DNA of 64,000 nt from Octopus vulgaris (GCA_951406725.2 OX597827.1:62186001-62250000); one strand, 5' to 3'; shown: positions 13,893 to 27,145, counted from the first letter of the stretch. The notes: generated by a model from the sequence alone, not told the origin. Numbers and translations: made by a program.

Positions 13893-14040
13893 ACTTAGCG
13901 GTTTGGCAAAAGAGAGCGATAGAATAAATACCAGGCTTTAAAAGAGTCCTTAAAATGTCTTGGGGCGATTTGTTCGACTAAAACCCATCAATGTGGTCCT
14001 CCAGCATGGCCACAGTCAATTGACTGAAACAAGAGAATAA
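13893..14040 (+). mobile_element. SINE family C 3' fragment
   Basis: AACTTAGCGGTTTGGCAAAAGAGAGCGATAGAATA...CTCCAGCATGGCCACAGTCAATTGACTGAAACAAG. Confidence 0.75.
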
Positions 14041-14576
14041 AAAAATATATATTTGTACACACACACACACACATTCACACACACACATTCACACATGTAC
14101 ATATATATATATATAAGCTGCGAAAGAAGATGTATTTCTGCAAACGTACTGCACTTGTGAGAATCCAGTTCGAAATTTCCTCACCCAGAATATTTGAGAC
14201 TGAACATACAATCAGGCCAGCAAAATCACATGATGTAAAGACACAGTGACAAAACCCGAAGAGCTGGAATCTATGAAATTTTATGTTAACATAGAGGTGA
14301 CAGATTTATTATAATTTTATCTTATTTTTTATAGCATTAATATGATATATTTATTATTTATTCCTCAAAATTCTATAGCAATGCATCTTCTAGTAAATAC
14401 TATTATTTTTTTTGTTCGAAGACATATCGCTCTGTTTCCAGATAAATTTTTTTATTTTACTATAGAGGGAGAAAGAGAAAGAGAGAGAGAGAGGCACATG
14501 TATATATAATGAAATAGACAGTTTCTCATTAAATCTGTCTATCAATCTATATGTATATGTGTATATATATGTATAG

Positions 14577-14609
<33 letters not shown>

Positions 14610-14638
14610 GTGTATGTGTGTATGTATGTATGTATGTA

Positions 14639-14674
<36 letters not shown>

Positions 14675-14704
14675 TGTATGTATGTATGTATGTACATATA
14701 TATG

Positions 14705-14756
<52 letters not shown>

Positions 14757-14854
14757 ATCCAAACATGAAAACACAAAGAGAAAACACAACAATGCGAGGA
14801 CGTGTAACAAGTATAGTGTTATTGGATGCTCAAGAAAGAAAAGAAAGAAGGAGG

Positions 14855-14889
14855 ATTTAACGTTTCGAGCGGAGCTCTTCGTCAGAAAC
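14855..14889 (-). ncRNA. Minimal type I hammerhead ribozyme motif, intact core
   Basis: Minus: GTTT-CTGACGA-A-GAGC-TCC-GCTC-GAAA-CG-TT-AAAT; the palindromic ACGT stem III is typical of Penelope-associated minimal hammerheads. Confidence 0.7.
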
Positions 14890-15384
14890 ATTGGAAAAGG
14901 AAAGGTTCAAGGAAGGAAAGACGGAGGAAAAAAATCGCCAACGGTACACACGCGGTCACATTTTGAATGCATATATATATATATATATATATATATTATT
15001 TCCAATAATAATGCATATGACTTTTGATGTTTGCCGTGCTTTATCGTTTGTTGTCCTCTTTAACAATTATATATCCGCTGCATCGGATATATACCGTCTC
15101 GGCTATAATCTTGGAGCCCTTGTAATCTGTTACAGCACTGACCTAGCGTACCTTGACCTTTAGATCACCTGTGAACTAAACTCCCATATTTTGTATATAC
15201 ATATGTATGTATATATGTATGTATACACATACACACACACACATATATTTATAGCATGTAGAAGAGGTGTGTATAAAAGAACATGTTATTGCCAAAAGCA
15301 TGTCATGCTCTTGGTAGCATATATATGTATGCGCGCACACATATACTATGCGTGCTGTGAGATATACATATATAAATATGTATG

Positions 15385-15448
<64 letters not shown>

Positions 15449-15461
15449 CACACACACATAT

Positions 15462-15875
15462 AGGTGTAGGAGTGGTTGTATGGCAAGCAGCTTGCTTACG
15501 AACCTCATGGTTCCGGGTTCAGTCCCACTGCGTGGCACCTTGGGCAAGTGTCTTCTACTATAGGCTCGGGCCGAGCAAAGCCTTGTGAGTGGATTTAATA
15601 GACGGAAACTGAAAGAAGCCTATCGTATATATGTATATATATATATATATGCATGTGCGTGTATATGTTTGTGTGTCGGTGTTTGTCCCCCCAACATCAC
15701 TTGACAACCGATGCTGGTGTGCTTACGTGCCCGTAACTTAGCGGTTCAGCAAAGAAATCAATAGAATAAGTACTAGGCTTACAAAGAATAAGTCCTGGGC
15801 TCACTTTGCTCGACTAAAGGCGGTGCTCCAGCGTGGCTACGGTCAAAAGACAAAAACAAGTAAAAGAGTAAAAGA
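15462..15875 (+). mobile_element. SINE family C, full length
   Basis: Head GGTGTAGGAGTGG...GGTTCAGTCCC, CORE-like GCACCTTGGGCAAGTGTCTT, internal microsatellite and conserved 3' half. Confidence 0.87.
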
Positions 15876-16552
15876 TACATAGATGTATGCAAAATTATAG
15901 ATGTATGTAAAATCATATACACTATAATTAATTGAGGACAGTACATTCTGGAACATATTGTAAGCCCGACCTTTTCTTACTAAAAATCAATAATGTCCTT
16001 TTATTTTATGATTTTATGTTTTGCTCTATAATCAATATGTCTCTCTTTGCCCATCCATACTTCTAGTATTTTGGGTTTTAGACTGAACATTTTATTTCGA
16101 TACTAGCACAGCTCAAGAACGAAAGTTTCGTATTTTAAACTGCAATAGTTTAAATCAAATATTCGCTTTAACAAGTAAATCTATAACCATATGACATCAA
16201 CATGGTGACACAAATAGCAATTTGTTGCTAGATATATTCATTACTCATATGATGTTTCGCAACCGCGGGCAATAAGTTGTAAACATTAGTCGTTAGATGT
16301 CTCGGGGGCTTCCGTCTACGCATTTTTGTAGCACTCGTTTACATTTCTGTAGTCACGAGCATATTACTTCCGTTTCAGTTTGTTCTCCATTAGTTTATAT
16401 TCAAATTTTCGATATTATACATGAGTAAATATCATACATAACTACACATACACTCACACACACGTCTATAATGTAAATACATAAAATAACCATAGATAAA
16501 TATCTCACCTGGGGTACATTTTTTCAAGGCAGTGCTCCAGCATGGCCACAGA

Positions 16553-16643
<91 letters not shown>
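16553..16643. repeat. (TCTA)n tetranucleotide microsatellite
   Basis: Directly visible; further arrays at about 27833-28073, 37227-37305 and 38448-38602. Confidence 0.95.
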
Positions 16644-16644
<1 letters not shown>

Positions 16645-16924
16645 GTGTGTGTGTATGTAGATATTATGTGGTAATGCTTCAACAATTAGAAAAGCAGTTG
16701 ATCAGCTAAAAGAGGAAAGATAATCTTAAATTAAAAACCACAGGTGTTGCAAATAGCTACCCAGGGTTTTCTGGTCGAAATAATAATTTATACCACCGAA
16801 ACAAAAATTGCTTGTAACAATGAAGACAAAAGGGGAAAAAAACTCACACACACATGGAAGATAATCCACGTTACAATAATTCGATATTAATAGTTTACTA
16901 ACTGTCCGGTGGTCTACTTTTAAA

Positions 16925-17135
16925 TTCCGACACGATGTATTTGTTGAAAAGAAAAAAATCTCGTTCCTCGAATTTATATATTCGTTGGGTGTTCTCAAGT
17001 GTTTTAATAGATAGTTTTTCAAGCGAACACCCTGAACATTTTCTAGATCCCTTAATAGAAGGCCTAGATTTAGAAAGGATTCTCCATTTCATACGGAAAT
17101 TGGTCCCTTCGTTTTTAAGTCTCCAGATTATATAT
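16925..17135 (-). pseudogene. Penelope-like element, C-terminal part of the GIY-YIG endonuclease region (frameshifted)
   Basis: IWRLKNEGTNFRMKWRILSKSRPSIKGSRKCSGCSLEKLSI then, in another frame, YINSRNEIF...SCRN. This fits the W.LK...W.IL...CxxC..EK..I...N.R.E...C pattern at the end of Penelope-like ORFs. Confidence 0.72.
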
Positions 17136-17154
17136 CCGTGCTTATCCGGGATCC

Positions 17155-17489
17155 GGGACCCCCTTCGGTCACGACACTGACCATGGGATTGCACCTAGAA
17201 AGTTACCCTCCTAGTCACAAATCTGGGCATGGTTGTTTATGGAAGACCAGCAGTCGCCCATGCATACCCACCTCTCCTCTCCATGCCACCAGTGTTATCC
17301 AAGGGAAAGGCAACGGCCGATACAGCTTGGCACTCGTGACGTCGCAACTCATTTCTACAGCTGAGGGAACTGGAGCAACGTGAAATAAAGTGTCTTGCTC
17401 AGGAACACAACACGCAGCCCGGTCCGGGATTCGAGCTCACAACCTCACGATCGTAAGCTCGACGCTCTAACCACTGAGCCATGCGCCCT
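17155..17489 (-). mobile_element. SINE family A
   Basis: Homologous to 1-343; A and B boxes on the minus strand. Confidence 0.87.
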
Positions 17490-17929
17490 CATATGCATAC
17501 ATATATGCCTAGAACTTTCCGACTTGGTGTTTATGCACAATAAACAACTGTAAAAGTAAACCTCAATTTATAACAATTTGAATACCGAAATTTCAGAAAT
17601 TCCTTAGAGTACAATGCAGAATGTTGCATATATTTTGTAGACAGCTATAACGAATGGGTAGAGCAAAATATATTTATAGAGCAAAAAAAAAGTGATGACA
17701 AACAATATCAATATTTCAAAACTTCATTTCCCACAGCCATTTCAGTAATCCAGACGTATCATTACTGTAGATAATTATCTGACAAAAATGTGCAACAACG
17801 TATGATGTGAGAATCATATTCTGAAGGATATTTTTGTAATAGAAAATCCATATTTCGAAAATATAGTTGAAAATATGATTTTCATATTCTTTATCATAAT
17901 GTTGTTCAATTGTACGATAGTGAGGAAGC

Positions 17930-18258
17930 GAAGGCGCGTGGCGCAGTGGTTAGAGCGTCGAGCTTACGATCGTGAGTTCGAATCCCGGATCCTACAGCGT
18001 GTTGTGTTCTTGAGCAAGACACTTTATTTCACGTTGCTCCAGTTCATTCAGCTGTAGAAGAAATGAGTTGCGACGTGACTAGTGCCAAGGTGTATCAGCC
18101 TCTTTGCCTTTCTCTTGGATAAAACTGGTGGCGTGGAGAGGGGAGGCTGGTATGCATGGGTAACTGGTGGTCTTCCATAAACAACCTTGCCCGGACTTGT
18201 GCCTGGGAGGGTAAATTTGTAGGTGCAATCCCATGGCCAGTCATGACTGAAGGATGTC
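17930..18258 (+). mobile_element. SINE family A
   Basis: GAAGGCGCGTGGCGCAGTGGTTAGAGCG...GAGTTCGAATCCC, GTGTTCTTGAGCAAGACACTTTA. Confidence 0.87.
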
Positions 18259-18302
18259 TAAGCAGCAGTAACAATAGCTGTTGTTGCTTTTCTTAGCCTC
18301 TA

Positions 18303-18779
<477 letters not shown>

Positions 18780-18858
18780 TCCTTTCATGCTAGAAGGAAC
18801 AGCTAAAGTCCAAACCACTATTAGGGATAAAAATCTCGTACGGAATGAAAAATAAAAA

Positions 18859-19100
18859 CATTTACCATCTATATCTTGGACCATAGTTTCTAACTTTTTT
18901 TACCAAATGAAATAATTTGCTAGGCGAAGTCTTCATTAGTAGGTACGGCCAAGATCAAATATATAAGTACGAGGCAAATCCAGCATGTACCTCTTGCTTA
19001 TACATTATAATTTTTCAAATCCACCGCACAAGAGCAATCTTGTATCGGCAGCAAAAAACGTTTGTAAAAAAAGTTAGAAACCATGGTCCAGGAAATAAAT

Positions 19101-19108
<8 letters not shown>
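18859..19108. repeat. Inverted repeat, arms about 45 bp
   Basis: ATTTACCATCTATATCTTGGACCATAGTTTCTAACTTTTTT versus AAAAAAAGTTAGAAACCATGGTCCAGGAAATAAATGGTAAAT. Confidence 0.8.
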
Positions 19109-19136
<28 letters not shown>

Positions 19137-19219
19137 GGTCCCGGGTTGATTCGGGGTTAACCACAGTAAGTAAGGTACTCAATACATAGCAGAGTAAAAT
19201 TAATTTATTATATAGAAGG

Positions 19220-19270
19220 AGCTTCTACAGGACTAGTACTGTTTCATTCAAGAGAAATCTTCAGGAAGCT
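19220..19270 (-). ncRNA. Type I hammerhead ribozyme motif, intact core
   Basis: Minus: AGCTTC-CTGAAGA-TTTC-TCTT-GAAT-GAAA-CAG-TACTAGTC-CTG-TA-GAAGCT. 6-bp stem I, GUA cleavage triplet, short weak stem II. Confidence 0.78.
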
Positions 19271-19659
19271 ATTTAACAAGAATTGTATTAGCATTTATAC
19301 ATTTAGGCAGGTTTAAAGGAGTGGTGGTGGGGGACTTTTGGGGGTAGGCATAGCGCAAAATATCAAACTTGGGGGGAGTGGTCAAGGAGTCAGTGGTAAG
19401 TTAGATGAAAGAATAGATAAATAAAAAAATAAAAAAATAAAAAATAAAAAAATAAAAAAATAAAAAAATAAAATAAAAAAATAAAAAAATAAAAAATATA
19501 AAAATATATAAAAAAATATATATATAAAATATATATATAAAAATATATATATAAAAAAAAAGGGGGGATAGAGTTATAGGTAAATAAGGAGATTCTCACT
19601 TATACCTATACACACATGTATACGTATCTACACACACATACATACATACACATATATAT

Positions 19660-19700
<41 letters not shown>

Positions 19701-20705
19701 CATATGTACACACATACATACATATCTACATACACACATACATACACCCGCCCACATATACAAATTTATACACATGCACATGCCTATACCTGTCTACACA
19801 TACACACACGTATATATGCATACACTCACTCCCATGCATGCACGCATACACACATGTATATATATATATATATATACCCACGACCACACATACATATATA
19901 CACATAAAAATATATATTCATACGCACATACACTCATGCACACACAACACACCTAGTTCCCTATATACACATATTTACACCTATATATACATACACCCAC
20001 ATACACCTATGTACACATATATATATATAAACATATACACGCATACATATATATACATGTGTGCACATACATACATACACACATATATACATACACATAC
20101 ACATACACATGTGTACCTATACATACCTACACATACACACATACATACATACAAATATACATATACATATATATATATACAATCCAATACAGGCCCATTC
20201 CCTAATTTTAATTTTATTATCTTCATTTATTACTTTTGTTATCTTTGATCGCTAGGGCTAAGAATCCTGGCAATGGCTGCATGTCCATTTGTCTGTCTAC
20301 TAGAAGGCAAGTACTCATTCCCGCACGCACACTCATTAGCACGTACATTCACCCATTCGTACACTCATACACATACACGTACGCACGCGTTATATTCATA
20401 CATACAAACATCTACATACGTTCACGTATATACACATACGTACTCGTACCTACAGATTCGTGTCTACACTTTAGGAGGCTAGTCTATACATATACACCAA
20501 TAAATATACATATATATATATATACCCGCATATACATACATATACATATACATATTTATCTATTCTTTCATCTAACTTACCACTGACTCCTTGACCACTC
20601 CCCCAAGTTTGATATTTTGCGCTATGCCTACCCCCAAAAAGTCCCCCACCACCACTCCTTTAAACCTGCCTAAATGTATAAATGCTAATACAATTCTTGT
20701 TAAAT

Positions 20706-20754
20706 AGCTTCCTGAAGATTTCTCTTGAATAAACAGTACTATCCTGTAGAAGCT
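20706..20754 (+). ncRNA. Mutated copy of the same hammerhead (G of GAAA deleted)
   Basis: AGCTTCCTGAAGATTTCTCTTGAAT-AAACAGTACTA-TCCTGTAGAAGCT. Confidence 0.65.
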
Positions 20755-20763
20755 ATATATATA

Positions 20764-20808
<45 letters not shown>

Positions 20809-21027
20809 GGTAAGATCCAAGGATCAAAGTGTAGGAAGTTAGTGAGCTTCAAGCAACAATCCGAAGAAGATATAAAACAACCTCCAGGAGCAACAGTGTT
20901 TTATTTGCGCTGGTTGTGAATTTTTCCCGTATCGAAGTACGATAAGTCGAAAAGAGGTAAGTTTATAGTTCACGGTTAATAACAGGGGTTGTTGTATATG
21001 CGAATAAACATAAGAAATTTATATATA

Positions 21028-21350
21028 TATACAAAATGGGACAAGAACGCAAAACATCCAGACAGGTGATACAAAAAATGAACTAAACATTCAGATAGAC
21101 GATACAAAGAAAACAAGGACGGGTCATTCGGAGTTTTCTTTCCTCAGTCGAGTTCCATATTATTTTTGCAATTTTAGCTTGTTATACTCGAGATTGCTCC
21201 AATCTGGACAGCCCCGAGGAAAAACTAAGCTAAGAGCATTAGATTCCTTTGAAGAAAGCAGCGAATGTATAGAAAAACAAGGAGGGAAAGAAAACGGACA
21301 ATGTTACGCACATACAATAAAAATAACAGGACATAACAACAGGTGTCTTA
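21028..21350. mobile_element. Unclassified dispersed repeat, same family as 58108-58372
   Basis: ATACAAAATGGGACAAGAACGCAAAACATCCAGACAG...GGACGGGTCATTCG..GTTTTCTT.CCTCAGTC occurs at both loci. Confidence 0.75.
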
Positions 21351-21362
21351 TTTTTCTAATTT

Positions 21363-21517
21363 TTAACATAATCTCCTTCGAAATTGTCATCTTACGCAAT
21401 AATACACCAATCCAAGCAATTCTGCCACTTTTTGAATTCGGCTTGGAAGTCGTTTTCCGTAAACGAGTCAAGGACCTTTTGCGATACGCTCTGTATCTCG
21501 ACAATGATAATTAAACG
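21363..21517 (-). pseudogene. mariner-family transposase C-terminal remnant
   Basis: Manual minus-strand translation, not in the ORF track because of a stop: EIQSVSQKVLDSFTENDFQAEFKKWQNCLDWCIIA*DDNFEGD, matching the F..W..RW..CI...GDYFEGD tail of mariner transposases. Confidence 0.78.
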
Positions 21518-22270
21518 ATGATCTTTGTTTTTGGCTGTGTACACAATTCAAAATTTATTTTTACGTATGTTCTATTTATCAGTAATCACTTAAACAAACG
21601 TATCGTAATTATCTCTCAATATTTATATACCTATATATATTTTCTGGCTGTCTGTCTGTCTCTCTTTCCCTCTCTCCCTATCTCTCTCTCTTTCTCTCTC
21701 TCTCTGCTGTTGGCTATTTCGTTTCCTTCTTTGGACTTTTCCCTTTCCCCTCTCCGACAAAGAGCCCATGCCCGAAACGTTAAGCTAATACATTTCCTGT
21801 GCGCGTCCTCTTGTTGTCCGCTAATTTTAATTCGTTTATTTGAATTGTTTAGTTGAAATGACTATACGTATATATATATACATGTGTGTGTGTGTGTGTG
21901 TGTATACTATTGATATTTGCATACGTCTATTTTTCTTTTTAGATTCATCCGATTTCTGTCTTTTGTAAGGCACGCTCTTATTTTTCCAGTTTTTTTCTCA
22001 ATAATAGAACATAACGCTATTCCTACTTTACGTCTTCTAATCTGTAAACACTATGTAAATATGAGAGTTTGTTTTTACTATATACCTCTAATAAGAGTAA
22101 ATATCAGATATTTCACGGTCATATACGAAATGATATCAAAAAGTTCCCAGGGAGAGAGGATATATAATTTTAAAGTTCTATACTGAAGAGATCAGGAATT
22201 ATGTACATTATTTATATTATTTACATTATTTACATTCCACGGATATTTGTCCCCATCTTGTTTGTTGATA

Positions 22271-22314
22271 ACACAACGTTTCGGCTGATATATGCTCCAG
22301 TCTTCTTCAGGTGT
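22271..22314 (-). ncRNA. Minimal type I hammerhead ribozyme motif, intact core
   Basis: Minus: ACAC-CTGAAGA-A-GACTG-GAGCATATAT-CAGCC-GAAA-CG-TT-GTGT; one mismatch in stem II. Confidence 0.68.
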
Positions 22315-22389
22315 CTTGGGGAATATATAATTTTACAGATAAATTGACATACATGCTTATTCACACACACACACACACACACACACATT

Positions 22390-22426
<37 letters not shown>

Positions 22427-22811
22427 TCACGCACACACGCACACATTCACGCACATACACACGCACACACACACACATACACACATAATATATACATATA
22501 TATATATATAAATATAGCATATATTATAAATACACGCGCATACACATACGCACACATATGTGATTTGTTTTCTTTACGAGAATCTCCGCGAATACAACGA
22601 GAGCTTGTGTTTATCCAAAATGGAGACGAACACCATTCCGCCATATGGTTGGTTTGAATAATTGTCTAGATATTAAGGTATTTTCCTGTTTCTCTTAACA
22701 AGAAACCAATGGTATCCTTAATCCACAAATAAAGAAATTTTATCCACCAATGCGGTGTTGAGCACTCATTTTTATCATTCGACATTTACGTATATATATG
22801 TGTGTGTGTAT

Positions 22812-23460
22812 GACGCTTGTCCAAGGTACCACGCAGTGGGACTGAACCTGGAACCATCAGGGAAGGGAAGGAAGCGTCTTACCACGCAACTACGCCTGCA
22901 CCTATACACACACACATATATATATACGACAGTCTTCTTGTAGGTTCCGTCTACTAAATCCACTCACAAGGCTTTGGTCGGCTGGAGGCTACGGTAGAAG
23001 ACACTTGCCCAAGGTGCCACGCAATGGCACTGAACCCGGAACCATGTGGGAAGGGAAGAAAGCATCTTACCACACAACTACGCTGCGCCTATACACACAC
23101 ACATACGACGGGCTTCTTGTAGTTTCCCTCTACCAAATCCACTCACAAGGCTTTGGTCGTCTGGAGGCAATAGTAGAAGACACTTGCTCAAGGTACCACG
23201 CAGTGGGACTGAACCCAGAACCATGTGGGAAGGGAGGGAAGCGTCTTACCACACAACTACGCCTGCGCCTACACACACACACACGCACACATACGACGGG
23301 CTTCTTTTAGTTTCCATCTACCAAATCCACTCACAAGGGCTTGCTCGGCTGGAGGTTACAGTAGAAGACACTTGCCCAAGGTACCACGCAGTGGAACTGA
23401 ACCCGGAACCATGTAGGAAGGGAAAGAGGCGTCTTACCACACAACCACACCTGCGCCAAC
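22812..23460 (-). repeat. Tandem array of about 3.5 SINE family C 5' halves, period about 185 bp
   Basis: CAAGGT(A/G)CCACGCA(G/A)TGG.ACTGAACC recurs at about 22822, 23010, 23188 and 23377. Confidence 0.85.
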
Positions 23461-23692
23461 ACACATACACACATACATACACACACACGTATGCATAAAT
23501 AGACTCAAAGCTAACTTGAGAAGCATAGAGAGGAAGGCTTGGGTGAAGAGTAAGTTTTTGCTGGGGAAGAGAAGGGTTGTAGTCAGTGTTTGTTAGTATT
23601 GGTATGTTGGTATGTTTTTTTTTTATTGGGATTTGGATAAACGTGTGGTTGTGTGGCTTGTGTATTTATGTGTGTGCGTTTAAGTTTGCGTA

Positions 23693-23731
<39 letters not shown>

Positions 23732-23761
23732 ACGTGTTTGATAAAAACAACCAGGAAAGAA

Positions 23762-23825
23762 ATTAATAATAATAATAATGATAATAAAAACAACAACAAC
23801 AACAATAATAATAATAATAATGATG

Positions 23826-23893
<68 letters not shown>

Positions 23894-24125
23894 TAAAAGA
23901 GTAAAAATGATAAAAAAAAAACTAGAAGCAAACAAGCATTTTTTTTTCGACATTAACGAGTGAGAAAGATCGATATTCGATTGGAAGAGAAAAAAAATCG
24001 ATAAATTAATCGCATGTTTAGAAAATAGGCTGAAATTAATAAGAAGATGAAAATCAGAACAATAATAACCACCACCACCACCACCACCACCACCACCACT
24101 ACCACCACAACAACAATAACAACAA
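23762..24125. repeat. (AAT)n, (AAC)n and (ACC)n microsatellites
   Basis: Directly visible. Confidence 0.9.
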
Positions 24126-24253
24126 TAAAACCAGTTGCAGTATGAACAACAAAAACAAAAAATACATAAAAAACAATAATAAACGCAAATTACCAAAAGA
24201 AAAAAATTAAATAAAAATAATTTTTTTTTCAACAAATACACACTCACACACAT

Positions 24254-24321
<68 letters not shown>

Positions 24322-24875
24322 GTATAACCACAGATAATGATATATTTTTTTTATTCCCCAACATACTGGTGTGATAAATAGAGATAGTAACTTGATTTTG
24401 GGATTTGTTTTTTTTTGTTTTCGTTTTTTTTCATGATCAGATATTTTTGTTATTGTTGTCGCTGTTGTTGTTTAGTCTCAGGTTGCTCTCGTGGAAAAGA
24501 CATTCCAGATGCTATGACCATCCTGTCTTTAAAGATACCTCTTGCGTTGTCAGATAAATTCTTTCGTTTTTCTGTTTTTTTAAAAATTTTTTACCTCCAT
24601 TTCTTTAATCCTTATATTTCATTGAAAAATATTACAGTAAATCAAGCGCAGACATGGTTGTGTGGAAAAAAAGATCGATTTTCAACCACATGGTTTTGGG
24701 TTCAATCTCGCTGCATGGCACTTTGGGCAATTACTGGAAATTAATTGTTATCGCCATATTAATATGGCATTCTTATAGATATAAGAATAATCGCTGCCGC
24801 TGGTCAGCTCCATGAGGCCACCGCCATCAAGATAGCTATTGATACACGATCTGTATCCATTATAACCTTATATAT

Positions 24876-25120
24876 GGAGGCGCCCAGTGGTTAGGGCAGC
24901 GCACTCGCGGTCGGAAGATCGCGGTTTCGATTCCCAGACCGGGCGTTGGTGGCGACCCCTGTTGTACTCTTTCACCCCAACTTTCTCTCACTCTCTCTTC
25001 CTGTTTCTTGAGTAACGCTGCGATGGATTGGCGTCGCATCCAGCTGGGTCGAACACATGCGCCATAGAAACCGGGAAACCGGGCCCATGAGCCTGGCTAG
25101 GCTTGAAAAGGGCGCATAAA
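24876..25120 (+). mobile_element. SINE family D (internally deleted)
   Basis: Homologous to 8062-8352. Confidence 0.82.
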
Positions 25121-25139
25121 TAAATAAATAAATAAATAA

Positions 25140-25190
<51 letters not shown>

Positions 25191-25440
25191 TGTCTGTTTA
25201 TCCTCCCCCATCACCGCTTGAGAACCGGCGTTGGTGTGTTTATGTCCTCGTAACTTAGTGGTCCGGCAAAAAAGACTGATCGAATATATACCAGGCTTAA
25301 AAAGTAAAAGAAAAAATGCTGGGGTCCATAGCCGCAGTCTAATGAGTGAAAGAGGGAAAAGTTAAAAGATAATATATACGTGGCTCTGTGGTAAGAAGCT
25401 TGCTTCCCAACCACATGGTTCTAAGTAGAATTTAACAAAG

Positions 25441-25670
25441 GCGGCGAGCTGGCAGACACGTTAGCACGCCGAGCGAAATGCTTAGCGGTATTTCGTCTGC
25501 CGCTATGTTCCGAGTTCAAATTCCACCGAGGTCGACTTTGCCTATCATCCTTTCGGGGTCGATAAATTAAGTACCAGTTACGCTCTGGGATCGATGTACT
25601 CGACTTAATCCGTTTGTCTGTCTTTGTTTGTCTCCTCTATGTTTGGCCCCTTGTGGGCAATGAAGAAATA
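25441..25670 (+). mobile_element. SINE family B, full length, 14-bp TSD
   Basis: Flanked by AGAATTTAACAAAG at 25427-25440 and 25671-25684. Confidence 0.9.
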
Positions 25671-25759
25671 AGAATTTAACAAAGTAATTAAATACAACGA
25701 AAGAAAATAAACTATGGTGTGTGCCAAATGTCTCACACCAAAACATTTCACATTCCTTT

Positions 25760-26040
25760 TATATTATTATTTGCTAAAATTCTCAGCTTATTTTGCTGGG
25801 TATAATGGAAAGTATCAGCTGTCCACAGCCAGCAGACTAAAATGACACTTGTTTACTGGTCATGTTTCAAGAATCCTGCGAAGAATTCTTGCAGTTCCAA
25901 ACAATACTGATTTTTGTAGGTGTTCCACCTTTCGATTTGTACTAATTTTTTTGAGCCATGCTGGTAGTTGAGTGCTGATACATCCAAGTGCACCAATTAC
26001 TATTGGTATCGCGTCTACTCTCTTCATTGACCATGATTTT
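25760..26040 (-). mobile_element. 3' end of an R4/Dong-type non-LTR retrotransposon
   Basis: Manual minus translation WSMKRVDAIPIVIGALGCISTQLPAWLKKISTNRKVEHLQKSVLFGTARILRRILET*, homologous to the end of the 60899-61174 ORF; followed by a 3' UTR and short TAA tail. Confidence 0.8.
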
Positions 26041-26051
26041 CGTAGGGGGTG

Positions 26052-26257
26052 ATTTGGCAGAATTCACTAGCACGCCGGGAAAAATTCTTGGCAGCATTTC
26101 ATTCGTCTTTACGTCCTGAGTTCAAATACCACTGTGATCGACTTTGCCTTTCATCCTTTCGGGGTCGTTAAATTAAGTACCAGTCAAATGTTGGGGTCGA
26201 TGTGATCGACTTACCGCCTCCCCACAAATTCCAGACCTTGTACCTATAGTAGAAAGG

Positions 26258-26334
<77 letters not shown>

Positions 26335-26550
26335 GACGGCAAGCTGGCTGAATCGTTAGCACGCCGGGCAAAATGCTGAGCGATATTTCGTCCGTCTTTA
26401 CCATCTGAGTTCGAATTTCGCGGAGGCCGGCTTTTCCTTTCATTTTTTCGGGTTTGATAAAATGAGTACTAGTTGTGTGCTTGGGGTCGAAGTAATCGAC
26501 TTAAGCCCTCTCCCGAACTTGCTGGTCATGTGCCAAAATTTGAAACTAAT
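26052..26550 (+). mobile_element. Two SINE family B variants separated by (TTA)n
   Basis: 26052-26260 ends AGAAAGGA(TTA)n; second copy at 26335-26550. Confidence 0.8.
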
Positions 26551-26907
26551 TTTTCTGCAAAAATAAAAATGTAATAAAATTTCTATCATTGACTTCACTC
26601 AGTCATTGGATTACGTCCACGCCGAGACACTTCCATGAAGTGTTAAGTCGAAAAAAAATGATCTCGAAACATACGTTCAAGTGTGGTATTTAAACAAATA
26701 TATTAGAATGTTTTCCTCATTCATTATAGATATAATTCTAATTAATCCAACATTGTTCGGATTGGTGCTCTAAGCATGTTAGATCCCATTTAACTATGCC
26801 TTTCAAGTGGACGGCATTTTGGGGAATGTTTCCCCGCAGGTATAATTTCACCGAAAATCAATGCTATTCTCAACAAATCAGTTTTTAACACTTGTGGCGA
26901 AGAGTTC

Positions 26908-27145
26908 CCGGGCGAAATGTTTAGCGGTATTTCGTCTGCCGTTACGTTCTGAGTTCAAATTCCGCCGAGGTCGATTTTGCCTTTCATCTTTTCGGGGTCG
27001 ATTAAATAAGTACCAGTTAAGCACTGGGGTCGATGTAATCGATTATATCGACCTCGGCGGAATTTGAACTCAGAACGTAAAGACAGACGAAATACTGCTT
27101 AGCATTTCGTCCGGCGTGCTAACGATTCTGTCACCTTGTCGCCTT
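26908..27145. mobile_element. Tail-to-tail inverted pair of SINE family B fragments
   Basis: 26908-26975 is complementary to 27047-27115. Confidence 0.85.

Larger units (their letters stand above)
19135..20754. mobile_element. Non-coding Penelope-like (retrozyme-like) element with about 200-bp near-identical inverted arms
   Basis: 19220-19421 is the reverse complement of 20555-20754; each arm ends in a hammerhead motif. Confidence 0.7.

Noticed and set aside
17930-17995. tRNA gene-like sequence with A and B boxes
   Set aside because: It continues into a dispersed SINE body and has no complete acceptor stem; the same applies to the family C and D heads.
22122-22150. mariner TIR-like TACGAAATGATATCAAAAAGTTCCC
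   Set aside because: No matching inverted partner was found around the mariner remnant.
22581-22646. Possible small exon after a polypyrimidine tract
   Set aside because: Weak donor site and unrecognised peptide.
23005-23498. Recurrent short ORFs such as MPKVPRSGTEPGTMW and LIYRPRKDERQSR
   Set aside because: Antisense translations of SINE families C and B, not a protein family.
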